64,000 nucleotides of DNA from Bacteroidales bacterium (GTDB taxonomy: Bacteria; Bacteroidota; Bacteroidia; Bacteroidales; Bacteroidaceae). Position 1 is the stretch's first letter, and the number at the start of each line of letters is the position of its first letter. Made by a program: the position numbers and the translations under genes. Below, piece after piece: positions 55,933 to 63,247 of the stretch. The DNA lies in the NCBI GenBank assembly GCA_030528885.1, contig JAUMXY010000005.1, forward strand, positions 6,924 through 70,923, read 5' to 3'. The notes below the pieces were generated by a model that had not been told where the DNA came from, ran no database searches, and worked only from the letters and a program-made list of their open reading frames with translations.

Positions 55933-56685
55933 ATGAAACTGACCTACATATTCCATAGTGGTTTCAAGCTTGAAACTGAAAAATCCATCCTAATATTCGA
56001 TTACTGGATGGATCCAGGCAATGTGTTGGAATCAGTTCTTCAGAGTAAGAAGCCTCTCTATGTTTTCTCCAGTCACTTTCACGAAGACCACTTCACAAGA
56101 GAAATCTTCGAATGGAGAAAGCAGAAAGAAAACATCACCTATATCCTGAGCAAGGATATTCTCAGACACAGAAGAGCAAGCAAGGAAGAAGCCGATGCTT
56201 GGTTAGCTAAAGGTGCCTCGTGGTCGGACGAACTTGTTTCCGTCAAAGCATTAGGCAGTACTGACAGCGGAGTATCATGGATAGTAGAAACGGAGGACAA
56301 GCGTATCTTCCATGCAGGTGATTTAAACAACTGGTATGCAAGATTCCTATCCGAAGCAGTGCCAGGACAAACTATCTACAGTGAGGAATTTGATGAGGAC
56401 ATTGATCCGATAGCCCATGAAAAACAATATTTGGGCGAACTGAAGGACATTTGCAAGGTGACAGATAGCTTTGACCTTGTTATGTTCCCAATAGATGGAC
56501 GCATTGGCAATGGCTATACGCTTGGTGGCCGACAGTTTATCGAGCGGTTTAAGGTCGGTATGTTTGTCCCCATGCATTTCGTAGCCAGTGGATTCGAATC
56601 CTCATGGCGAATGAAGGAGTTTACTGACGAAAAGTTTATTCCCTTCTGGGAGATAACCAAAGGGGGAGAGACTATAGAATTATGA
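55933..56685 (+). CDS. MBL-fold metallo-hydrolase
   Basis: 250 aa with SSHFHEDHF (HxHxDH). Confidence 0.7.
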   Translation: MKLTYIFHSGFKLETEKSILIFDYWMDPGNVLESVLQSKKPLYVFSSHFHEDHFTREIFEWRKQKENITYILSKDILRHRRASKEEADAWLAKGASWSDELVSVKALGSTDSGVSWIVETEDKRIFHAGDLNNWYARFLSEAVPGQTIYSEEFDEDIDPIAHEKQYLGELKDICKVTDSFDLVMFPIDGRIGNGYTLGGRQFIERFKVGMFVPMHFVASGFESSWRMKEFTDEKFIPFWEITKGGETIEL

Positions 56686-57215
56686 CTACAAAACAGATAA
56701 CAGCATCCAATGCTGACGAAAAGATAAAACAGCTGTATGAAACGGCATTCCCTGAAGACGAACAAATTCCTTGGAAGGACTTGATGCGCCTGGTCGAGAA
56801 AATGCCGTTGGATTTCTCAGCATACTACGATGGCGAAGACTTCATCGGCTTCACCATCGTCTATCCACGTAAGTCTATCAACTGGTTTTGGTACTTTGCC
56901 GTGTGCAAAGAGTTACGGGGCAAAGGCTATGGTCAGATAATACTGACTCAAATGATAGAACACTATAAAGGACAATCCTTTGTCCTGGACATGGAAAGCC
57001 CAACGCAGGTCAGTGAGAACATTGACCAACGCAAACGCCGTCAGAATTTCTATCTTCGCAACGGCTTTAGGGACACAAATTTCTATCGTACCTACAACGA
57101 CATCACCATGACAATAATGATGAGGGGTGAAGGTACGTTCACCATGAAGGATTGGGATGACATCATCCACGAACTGCAACAGTTCTGGTGGCCTGACGAC
57201 ATCGAAGAAGAGTAG
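56682..57215 (+). CDS. GNAT-family N-acetyltransferase
   Basis: 177 aa with FAVCKELRGKGYGQIIL (Q/RxxGxG/A motif). Shares a 4-nt overlap with the upstream gene. Confidence 0.7.
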   Translation: MTTKQITASNADEKIKQLYETAFPEDEQIPWKDLMRLVEKMPLDFSAYYDGEDFIGFTIVYPRKSINWFWYFAVCKELRGKGYGQIILTQMIEHYKGQSFVLDMESPTQVSENIDQRKRRQNFYLRNGFRDTNFYRTYNDITMTIMMRGEGTFTMKDWDDIIHELQQFWWPDDIEEE

Positions 57216-57235
57216 TGTGGCTCTTTGCCAGACTG

Positions 57236-57349
57236 CTATCTGTCACGTCTAAAGTCATTCCTGCTATCACCTCTCCACCATGCACTAAGCACGAGGAAGA
57301 TGACACGGAAGACTATGACGATGATAATAATGCTTCCAATATCACCCAT
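57236..57349 (-). CDS. 37-aa hydrophobic micro-protein (below the ORF-track cutoff)
   Basis: My own translation gives MGDIGSIIIIVIVFRVIFLVLSAWWRGDSRNDFRRDR. The ATG lies 18 nt after the SLOG gene stop. Confidence 0.3.
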   Translation of the reverse strand: MGDIGSIIIIVIVFRVIFLVLSAWWRGDSRNDFRRDR

Positions 57350-57367
57350 AAATCATACTTTTAGATT

Positions 57368-57856
57368 TCAAAACACATTCACTATAGGGATGTTCTGAGC
57401 CATTGCCTTACGAATGGTGTAGAACGTTCCACCTTTCTCTCGACCATCATAATAGCCTATGAGCTTAGAGGAGTTATTCACCATGAACTCATCCCTGTCC
57501 AAGAAACACCTTGGGTAATAACTCTCACTGAGCACAATCACATCATCAGCAACCTCCAGCAAACTGTCATATCGCTTTCGGTAATAAAAACTGAAACGAC
57601 TGGCTTGACCCTTAAAGGGAATTGCAGCTATCAATGTAATGTCGGGATAGCTCCGTTTCAGTGAAACGATCGCTTCTGCCGCCATCATATCAAACCCAAT
57701 GGCAAAGCCGGATATGAAATTTCGGATGCCATGCCCATAAGCATCAAGCACAGCATTTGAAAGCCGCTTTTTGACGTGTTCTCTCTGTGCAGCATCGACA
57801 AAGCGATGCCCCGTAAAGGCGGCTGTTGCCGCCCTGCTAAATTTTCTTTGTTCCAT
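57368..57856 (-). CDS. DUF1273/YpsA-type SLOG-family protein
   Basis: ORF 57368..58027 trimmed to MEQRKFSRAATAAFTGHR. Has ...FISGFAIGFDMMAAEA...LIAAIPF...DR(D/N)EFMV... typical of DUF1273. Confidence 0.6.
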   Translation of the reverse strand: MEQRKFSRAATAAFTGHRFVDAAQREHVKKRLSNAVLDAYGHGIRNFISGFAIGFDMMAAEAIVSLKRSYPDITLIAAIPFKGQASRFSFYYRKRYDSLLEVADDVIVLSESYYPRCFLDRDEFMVNNSSKLIGYYDGREKGGTFYTIRKAMAQNIPIVNVF

Positions 57857-57863
57857 ATAATCA

Positions 57864-58448
57864 TCAATAAGTTGGTACATATCTATATGAAGTCTTTCCA
57901 AGGAATATTCCATTAGTAACGTCTGCTCCGGCACTCTCCAACTGCGCTGCATAGGCACAAAAGGACGTTCCTGTAGTAACCACATCATCCCATACACATA
58001 CAATCTTGTTCTTAAAGAAACTTGCATCTACCTCTATGGTGTTGCTCTCATCAAGTCGCTTGGCACGAACCTCTTTCTTCATCTTTGTGCCATGAACTGC
58101 AGACCGCTCTCCATTGACCTTGACATGGGAAAAACCATCGATGGCTCCCGACAACTGACATACCAGTGCAGAGAAAGCCTTGTTGCGTGTCTCGTTGCGC
58201 TCTTGGCTACTTGCAGGGACACATGAGAAAACCACCTTTCCAATCTTGCGCCCGAACTTTCTTACAAGTTCCTTTGCTACGAACTGAGCCACTTGGGGCT
58301 GATTGCAGCCATCCTTGAAATCAAAGATAGTCTGTCGGTCGAATACGCCATCTATGCCCACATTCTTGATGCGAGTTGGATAGTAACGGAGGAAACTGCT
58401 GAGTTCCTTGTCCTCTTGACCCTTGATGAAAACCTTGACCATGTTCAT
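57864..58448 (-). CDS. ComF-like type I phosphoribosyltransferase
   Basis: ORF 57864..58601 trimmed to MNMVKVF. IVCVWDDVVTTGTSF is the PRPP-binding loop. Confidence 0.65.
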   Translation of the reverse strand: MNMVKVFIKGQEDKELSSFLRYYPTRIKNVGIDGVFDRQTIFDFKDGCNQPQVAQFVAKELVRKFGRKIGKVVFSCVPASSQERNETRNKAFSALVCQLSGAIDGFSHVKVNGERSAVHGTKMKKEVRAKRLDESNTIEVDASFFKNKIVCVWDDVVTTGTSFCAYAAQLESAGADVTNGIFLGKTSYRYVPTY

Positions 58449-58650
58449 TGCCGTTTCGTTTTTTATTTCCCTTTCATTAAATCCTTTCGGACAGTGACCA
58501 GGGAAGATTTTTCTGCCTCCAGAAGTACGGTAACGGCAATAAGGCAAGTCTGCTGTGAAGAATACTCTTTTCAGCGAAAAGGAAGATTGTTCACAAAGCA
58601 CGACTTGCTATTTGATGAGGACGTGATAACTTCGCAGAAAAAACTTTCCG
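58449..58650 (-). promoter_or_regulatory. conserved ~200-nt 5' leader, copy A
   Basis: Collinear with 60134..60345. An identical 34-mer, AAGAATACTCTTTTCAGCGAAAAGGAAGATTGTT, sits at 58558-58591 and 60239-60272, about 106-143 nt upstream of the respective start codons. Confidence 0.6.
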
Positions 58651-58750
58651 CTGTCACTTGTCCGACATGGAGATTGGTGAAACCATCAAGTGAACTGTAG
58701 TTCATGTATAGTTCAAGAGTATTAACCTGCAAGGATATTATAACAGCCAT

Positions 58751-58783
58751 TTCGCCCTTCGGATCCGTCATCTGAAGGGCGAA
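58751..58783 (-). terminator. 10-bp perfect hairpin after the 98-aa gene
   Basis: TTCGCCCTTC (58751-58760) pairs with GAAGGGCGAA (58774-58783) around a 13-nt loop. It lies between the upstream gene stop (58820) and leader A. Confidence 0.45.
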
Positions 58784-58819
58784 GCAGCCATTCAAGGCAT
58801 CGTTCCACAATCTTTAGTG

Positions 58820-59116
58820 TTATGTCAGATACCATTCATTGATATTCCATACCTCAATGTCATAGTTGGTTTCATAGCCTTGTGTCTGATAGGCAAACTC
58901 CAGTTCTTTGCGGAGTCTGCGTCTAACTTCGGCTTCCAACACTCGTTTTGAGGTCTTTTCAATCTCTTCCTCGCTGAAGAACTCATCCAGCTCTATGCGG
59001 TGGTTCTTCACAATGGCATTCACGGCAGCCCATTTGCTGGTGAACACTCCAGCGCACTCTCTATGGCTGGTACTATGCCAGGGGTCAGTTTCGTAAACTA
59101 CAAAAATCTGTTTCAT
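58820..59116 (-). CDS. hypothetical protein (98 aa)
   Basis: Clean ORF in a minus-strand gene string. Confidence 0.4.
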   Translation of the reverse strand: MKQIFVVYETDPWHSTSHRECAGVFTSKWAAVNAIVKNHRIELDEFFSEEEIEKTSKRVLEAEVRRRLRKELEFAYQTQGYETNYDIEVWNINEWYLT

Positions 59117-59173
59117 AATGGTAGGCTATTATTGGGAATAGGCAGCGGAGTTGCCACCTATCCCCAAAGTGAT

Positions 59174-59719
59174 TTACTTTCCTATTTCGGAAATGATGAA
59201 GTCCAAATGACCTGCAAAGATTTCGTCAATATCAATCTCGTGCTCGTTACCTCGGTCATTCTTCTCGTCGCTAATGATGGTGAAATATCCGTCCTTGTCA
59301 ACTCTGACAGAAAGGATAACCACATCACATGGCTCATCATAGTCATAAGCTGCAACGATGGGACATTCACCCTCGAAGTGCCATTCATAGCCATCATCCA
59401 CCTTCTCGCCACGAAGTCTGAGTTTTGCGGCAAGTTCTTCCTGCTCACGATGCTTGACCTCCTGCACACTGTCATAGATGGAAAAGTCTTTGAGCTTTCC
59501 TTCACGGACAAAGTGCAACTCTTCGCCATCCGAATGACAGATGCCGTATTCATGGAACTGCACCGGCACGAAGTCGATGGGTGCTGCCATCCAAGAAATG
59601 TTGTTGAGCGAATAGTCATGCTCTGCCAAGAACTGCTCGATGTCCTCTTCTATCATGTGGTCGGGAACATTCAGAACGTTGATGCGCACATTTGCGCTGT
59701 CCATTACGATAATTTTCAT
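59174..59719 (-). CDS. strongly acidic hypothetical protein (181 aa)
   Basis: Asp/Glu-rich. The 393-aa plus-strand ORF across this region is antisense and rejected. Confidence 0.45.
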   Translation of the reverse strand: MKIIVMDSANVRINVLNVPDHMIEEDIEQFLAEHDYSLNNISWMAAPIDFVPVQFHEYGICHSDGEELHFVREGKLKDFSIYDSVQEVKHREQEELAAKLRLRGEKVDDGYEWHFEGECPIVAAYDYDEPCDVVILSVRVDKDGYFTIISDEKNDRGNEHEIDIDEIFAGHLDFIISEIGK

Positions 59720-59746
59720 AATCTGATGTGTTTATGGGGTTATACA

Positions 59747-60133
59747 TTAGTCTATGTCATAGAGCCGAGAGAGAAACGCTTGCAGTTCTGCGTCCTCAAT
59801 CTCTGCAAGGGTGCAAGGCTTGAAATCCTTGTCCTGCTCAATCCTCAAAGTGCCAAGTCCGTACTCGCTTGCATCATAGGTGATACCTGCCATTTCGGTT
59901 GCAGACTGGTAGCCGTACTCCGTCTCATGCAGTCCAGTAACGATGCCATAGAGCGTGAAGTCATTGCCTTCCTGCTGTCCTTCCATGATGTACCAGCGGA
60001 TATTGCCAAGGTAAAACACTGCGATGCAAAGTGCATCCTTCTTCTTCGCGTCCTGAGAATACAGGGGATAACTGCTCAGTGCCTCGGTCAGCTCTGGCGT
60101 TATCAGTCGGTTGTTGAAATTTGTTGTTGCCAT
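59747..60133 (-). CDS. DUF2958-family protein
   Basis: 128 aa. PLYSQDAKKKDALCIAVFYLGNIRWYIMEG...FTLYGIV matches the remembered DUF2958 pattern of mobile elements. Confidence 0.6.
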   Translation of the reverse strand: MATTNFNNRLITPELTEALSSYPLYSQDAKKKDALCIAVFYLGNIRWYIMEGQQEGNDFTLYGIVTGLHETEYGYQSATEMAGITYDASEYGLGTLRIEQDKDFKPCTLAEIEDAELQAFLSRLYDID

Positions 60134-60345
60134 ACTCTTGAATTTTTATTTTCCCTTTCTTTCAAGCCTTTCAGCCTGTGATTGGGAATTTTTCTGCTTT
60201 TCAAGGTGACAGCAAGACAATAAGGCAAGAAAAGTTTCAAGAATACTCTTTTCAGCGAAAAGGAAGATTGTTGAAAGCGAAACCCTGCTATTCTTGACGG
60301 TTTGAATGGCGAAACTACCTTTGCAGAAGAATTCCTTTTCACGGG
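60134..60345 (-). promoter_or_regulatory. conserved ~200-nt 5' leader, copy B
   Basis: See copy A. Shared blocks are AATAAGGCAAG, the 34-mer core, TGCTATT and TTGCAGAA. Confidence 0.6.
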
Positions 60346-61247
60346 CTATGAAGGATATGACAGAAAATGTCACGTATAACAATTATAAAAGGGTGGGGCG
60401 GGCTTGTCCAAACAGGCATCCTCAGCCAGTATGTCAATAAGAGGAGTCTCCATCACAGCCGAAAAGACAGAACGTATCTGGCAAAGTGTTTAGTTTTGCC
60501 AAATACCTTCTGGCAAGGCTTGATAGAGTCTCCTTGACATACCTTTGGCAGAGTGAGGAAACTCTTATGATAAACTCGCTTGACCACAAGAGTTTTCCCT
60601 CTATGACAAACTGAGAATGCTGTTTAGACAATGGTGTGGGCGTAGGTTATAACGAATGACCAACTCGTCAGATTAGAAGAATACCATTCGTCCAGGTTAT
60701 AAGAATCAATGCCGTCAGATTATAATAAGCATGGGTGGGAATGAAGCCAAAGTCCAGCAAGGGCAATCTTCCCGACGAAGTGGTGGACTGTCAGCAAGAA
60801 CAGCGTCAGTAAGGTTTCGCCCTGCGATCTCACCGACCCTGTTTGAAGATGACCGGCTACCTTTTCGTGATTGCCTCTCCCTGTAACATTGTCTTTTCTT
60901 TCAATCACGCTCTGCTGACTGAAAATAAAGACTCTGTTAATGGGGCAGGGCTTGGCTTCATGGTGTGGGGCAAAGCATTAAAACACTATAGAGTGAGACA
61001 CAAAGCATTGAAAGATCCTTTTGCTTTGCTGCTATAACAGGTCCAGATGAAAAGTGAAATGGAATAAGAAAGGCAAACTACAAGACGGATGGACTCGCTT
61101 CAGATGCTGAGCATGTGCGCTATGCGATCATCCTTGGCAGCTGAAGCAAGTCGTTCCGTGTTTGCCTCTCCTGAAGTAGGTGTACTTTATCAGTGCAACA
61201 TCGCTTCACCGATGAAGTATACTTTCTGAAGGATAATGAAGTGAAAG

Positions 61248-61284
61248 TACAATAAGAAATCGTCCTGCCGTTTACAGCAGGACG
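61248..61284 (-). terminator. rho-independent-type terminator ending the ssb operon
   Basis: CGTCCTGC (61261-61268) pairs with GCAGGACG (61277-61284). On the minus sense strand it is followed by ATTTCTTATTG. Confidence 0.5.
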
Positions 61285-61292
61285 CGCTGGGT

Positions 61293-61397
61293 TCAGCAAA
61301 GGACAATGGTAGCCCAATCAATAGGCTTTCCCTCTTGCTTCATTTTTTCAATCAGAGCCTTTATCTGCTCACGTTTGATGTCTTTGGGTTGTTCCAT
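61293..61397 (-). CDS. 34-aa ORF
   Basis: My own translation gives MEQPKDIKREQIKALIEKMKQEGKPIDWATIVLC. It lies just upstream of the terminator. Confidence 0.3.
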   Translation of the reverse strand: MEQPKDIKREQIKALIEKMKQEGKPIDWATIVLC

Positions 61398-61441
61398 AAA
61401 AAGAAAAATTGTGGGCAGATGGTTGGTCTGCCCGTTACCTT

Positions 61442-61663
61442 TTACTTTGTCTGAAAGCACACTCTGCCTTTCCTGCGAAGTTGCAGAACAAGGTGAAGCC
61501 CCTTATTCAAGTCTGCAAGTTCCTGGAGTTTCTGCCGGGTGTCCTCCGTGTTCTCCACCAGAGAAGCATAAATCAGATTTCCGACTTGTCTTCCCTCGTT
61601 GATGTCAAAAGCCTTGAAGCTCTTGCATCCATCAAATTTTGCGTAGATGATATGCCAATCCAT
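61442..61663 (-). CDS. hypothetical protein (73 aa)
   Basis: ORF-track entry within the operon. Confidence 0.35.
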   Translation of the reverse strand: MDWHIIYAKFDGCKSFKAFDINEGRQVGNLIYASLVENTEDTRQKLQELADLNKGLHLVLQLRRKGRVCFQTK

Positions 61664-61678
61664 GGTCTTTGAAAGATA

Positions 61679-61843
61679 TTAGTCCACAAACTCAAACTCG
61701 TCCCGATAACAGGTTATCTCCGCTCCGCTGCCCACTACGATGCAGTTGTACTGATAGCCATGATAGCCACCCTCGATGCTATTCAAATCAACTTGAATGT
61801 CCCAATATCCCCGATAGGGTACGAAAAGCCTTGCATATCTCAT
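61679..61843 (-). CDS. 54-aa ORF preceded by a strong SD-like AAGGAGGA
   Basis: My own translation gives MRYARLFVPYRGYWDIQVDLNSIEGGYHGYQYNCIVVGSGAEITCYRDEFEFVD. The sense-strand context is TAAGAAAGGAGGACACTATG, immediately after the ssb stop. Confidence 0.35.
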   Translation of the reverse strand: MRYARLFVPYRGYWDIQVDLNSIEGGYHGYQYNCIVVGSGAEITCYRDEFEFVD

Positions 61844-61857
61844 AGTGTCCTCCTTTC

Positions 61858-62280
61858 TTAGAATGGCATGTCCTTCTCGTCAGGTGCTGGAGCGTCCTGC
61901 GGTGGCTGTGGTGTGTTCTTTGACTTGGTACCTTTCTTGGCAGCCTTCTTCGGGTCGGCGTTCTGCTCGTCCTTCTTCCCTGCGTTGACAAAAGCGATGC
62001 TGTCCGCATTGATGGAGATTTGTGTGTGGCTCTCGCCTTGGCGGTCTGTCCACTGTGATGTAGAGACAGTTCCCTCCACGAGAATGAGCCTTCCCTTAGT
62101 GAGGTATTCAGCCAGACGGACATGGTTTTCACGGCTGCTGCGCACCCTTACCCATGTGGTGATGTTCTGACCCTTGGAATAATCATCGACGGCAATATCC
62201 ACTGCCATGAATGTTCCGTGTGTTCCTGTGATGACCTGGCAATCCTTGCCGATGCGTCCGATAGTGTGAGTGTAAATCAT
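61858..62280 (-). CDS. ssb: single-stranded DNA-binding protein with acidic C-terminal tip
   Basis: 140 aa with an OB fold (TWVRVRSSRENHVRLAEYLTKGRLILVEGTV), a Pro/Lys-rich linker and a C-terminal DEKDMPF. Confidence 0.8.
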   Translation of the reverse strand: MIYTHTIGRIGKDCQVITGTHGTFMAVDIAVDDYSKGQNITTWVRVRSSRENHVRLAEYLTKGRLILVEGTVSTSQWTDRQGESHTQISINADSIAFVNAGKKDEQNADPKKAAKKGTKSKNTPQPPQDAPAPDEKDMPF

Positions 62281-62368
62281 AATCTTGAAATTGTTAGATG
62301 GTGAATATTCTTTGAGTTTTCTTTTCCCTTACTTTGGGAATCTTTTCCTCGGAGAGGAAGAAGAAGGC

Positions 62369-62749
62369 TCACTTGGCCTTCTTTTTGGAAGTCTTTTTCT
62401 CCTCCTTCGGAGTTTCCTCCTTGTCGGGAGTCTCATAGAACTTGGTGGCTACCAGCACGACGCGGTTGTGCTTGACACCATCCTGATCGCTCCACTCTTC
62501 AGGCTTGAAGTAGCCTTCCACGGTGAGCATGGTGTTCTTTGTGAGCTTGTCGAATGAATCGGCGTTTTCGTTCTTGCGCCATGCTTCCACATTGATGAAA
62601 GCCGATACGCGGTTGTTTTCCTCGCTGTTCTTCTCGATACGGCCGATAGCTAGAGAGAAACGTGCTACTGAAGCGGTTGTGAACTGACGGATTTCTGCAT
62701 CCTTACCTACGAAACCTGTTACTGTGAAATTGTTCTCGATCTTTTTCAT
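62369..62749 (-). CDS. SSB-like OB-fold protein without acidic tip
   Basis: 126 aa with FTVTGFVGKDAEIRQF...VSAFINVEAWRK...MLTVEGYFK and a Lys-rich tail. Confidence 0.6.
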   Translation of the reverse strand: MKKIENNFTVTGFVGKDAEIRQFTTASVARFSLAIGRIEKNSEENNRVSAFINVEAWRKNENADSFDKLTKNTMLTVEGYFKPEEWSDQDGVKHNRVVLVATKFYETPDKEETPKEEKKTSKKKAK

Positions 62750-63247
62750 TGTCTTGAATTTTTAGAAGTGAAACATTTATTTTTTACGTTGCTTTAAGAG
62801 CTGGCAAGGGAAGTATGGGAATGCAAGGAATTACCGAATTATTTCACCCTTGGGCCACGAAAAGTTTTTATTGGCTGACACAGACGTCAAAAAGTTTTTG
62901 AAAAAATCCGAGGAATAAGGCACCTGGTACTTGCAGAATACGGCTTGCACTAACTTTGCGACGGAAAAAGTAATTGTACTCGCTTCGCCCGGAAAAGTCA
63001 TAAATGAAGAAGTCGTAATAAGAACAATTCAGTGACAGATACGAAAAGGAGGATGCCCGACAGTCCAATGCTCATACAAAGCACGTCATGGCCATCGGAC
63101 GAAGAAGGACACGCGAGAGACTGCGTATCATTCTGCTATTAGATGGGAACATGTAGAACAAGAATGCCCATCGACAAGTAAAGAGACTATGCAGTGGAAA
63201 GCCAAGACTGAAGAGCGGTAAAAGAGATTAGGAACCTGTTGGCAGAA

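Larger units (their letters stand above)
26345..63247. mobile_element. putative integrated mobilizable/conjugative-type element (boundaries uncertain)
   Basis: Contiguous run of DUF4099, Toprim primase, VirB2-like protein, cell-wall hydrolases, 2 ArdC-type proteins, 3 SSB-type proteins, MobV relaxase with oriT-like hairpins, DUF2958 and cargo genes. No VirB4, T4CP or active integrase is seen in the window. Confidence 0.55.

Noticed and set aside
55150-55956. 268-aa minus-strand ORF
   Set aside because: It is antisense to umuC, which has clear Y-family polymerase motifs.
59000-60181. 393-aa plus-strand ORF
   Set aside because: It runs antisense across three well-packed minus-strand genes (98 aa, 181 aa, DUF2958) and their leader, and it has no recognisable motifs.
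60239-60300. Long-range helix CAAGAATA/TATTCTTG enclosing the leader core
   Set aside because: It pairs only in copy B. The equivalent positions in copy A are mismatched without compensation, so it is not supported as a conserved structure.
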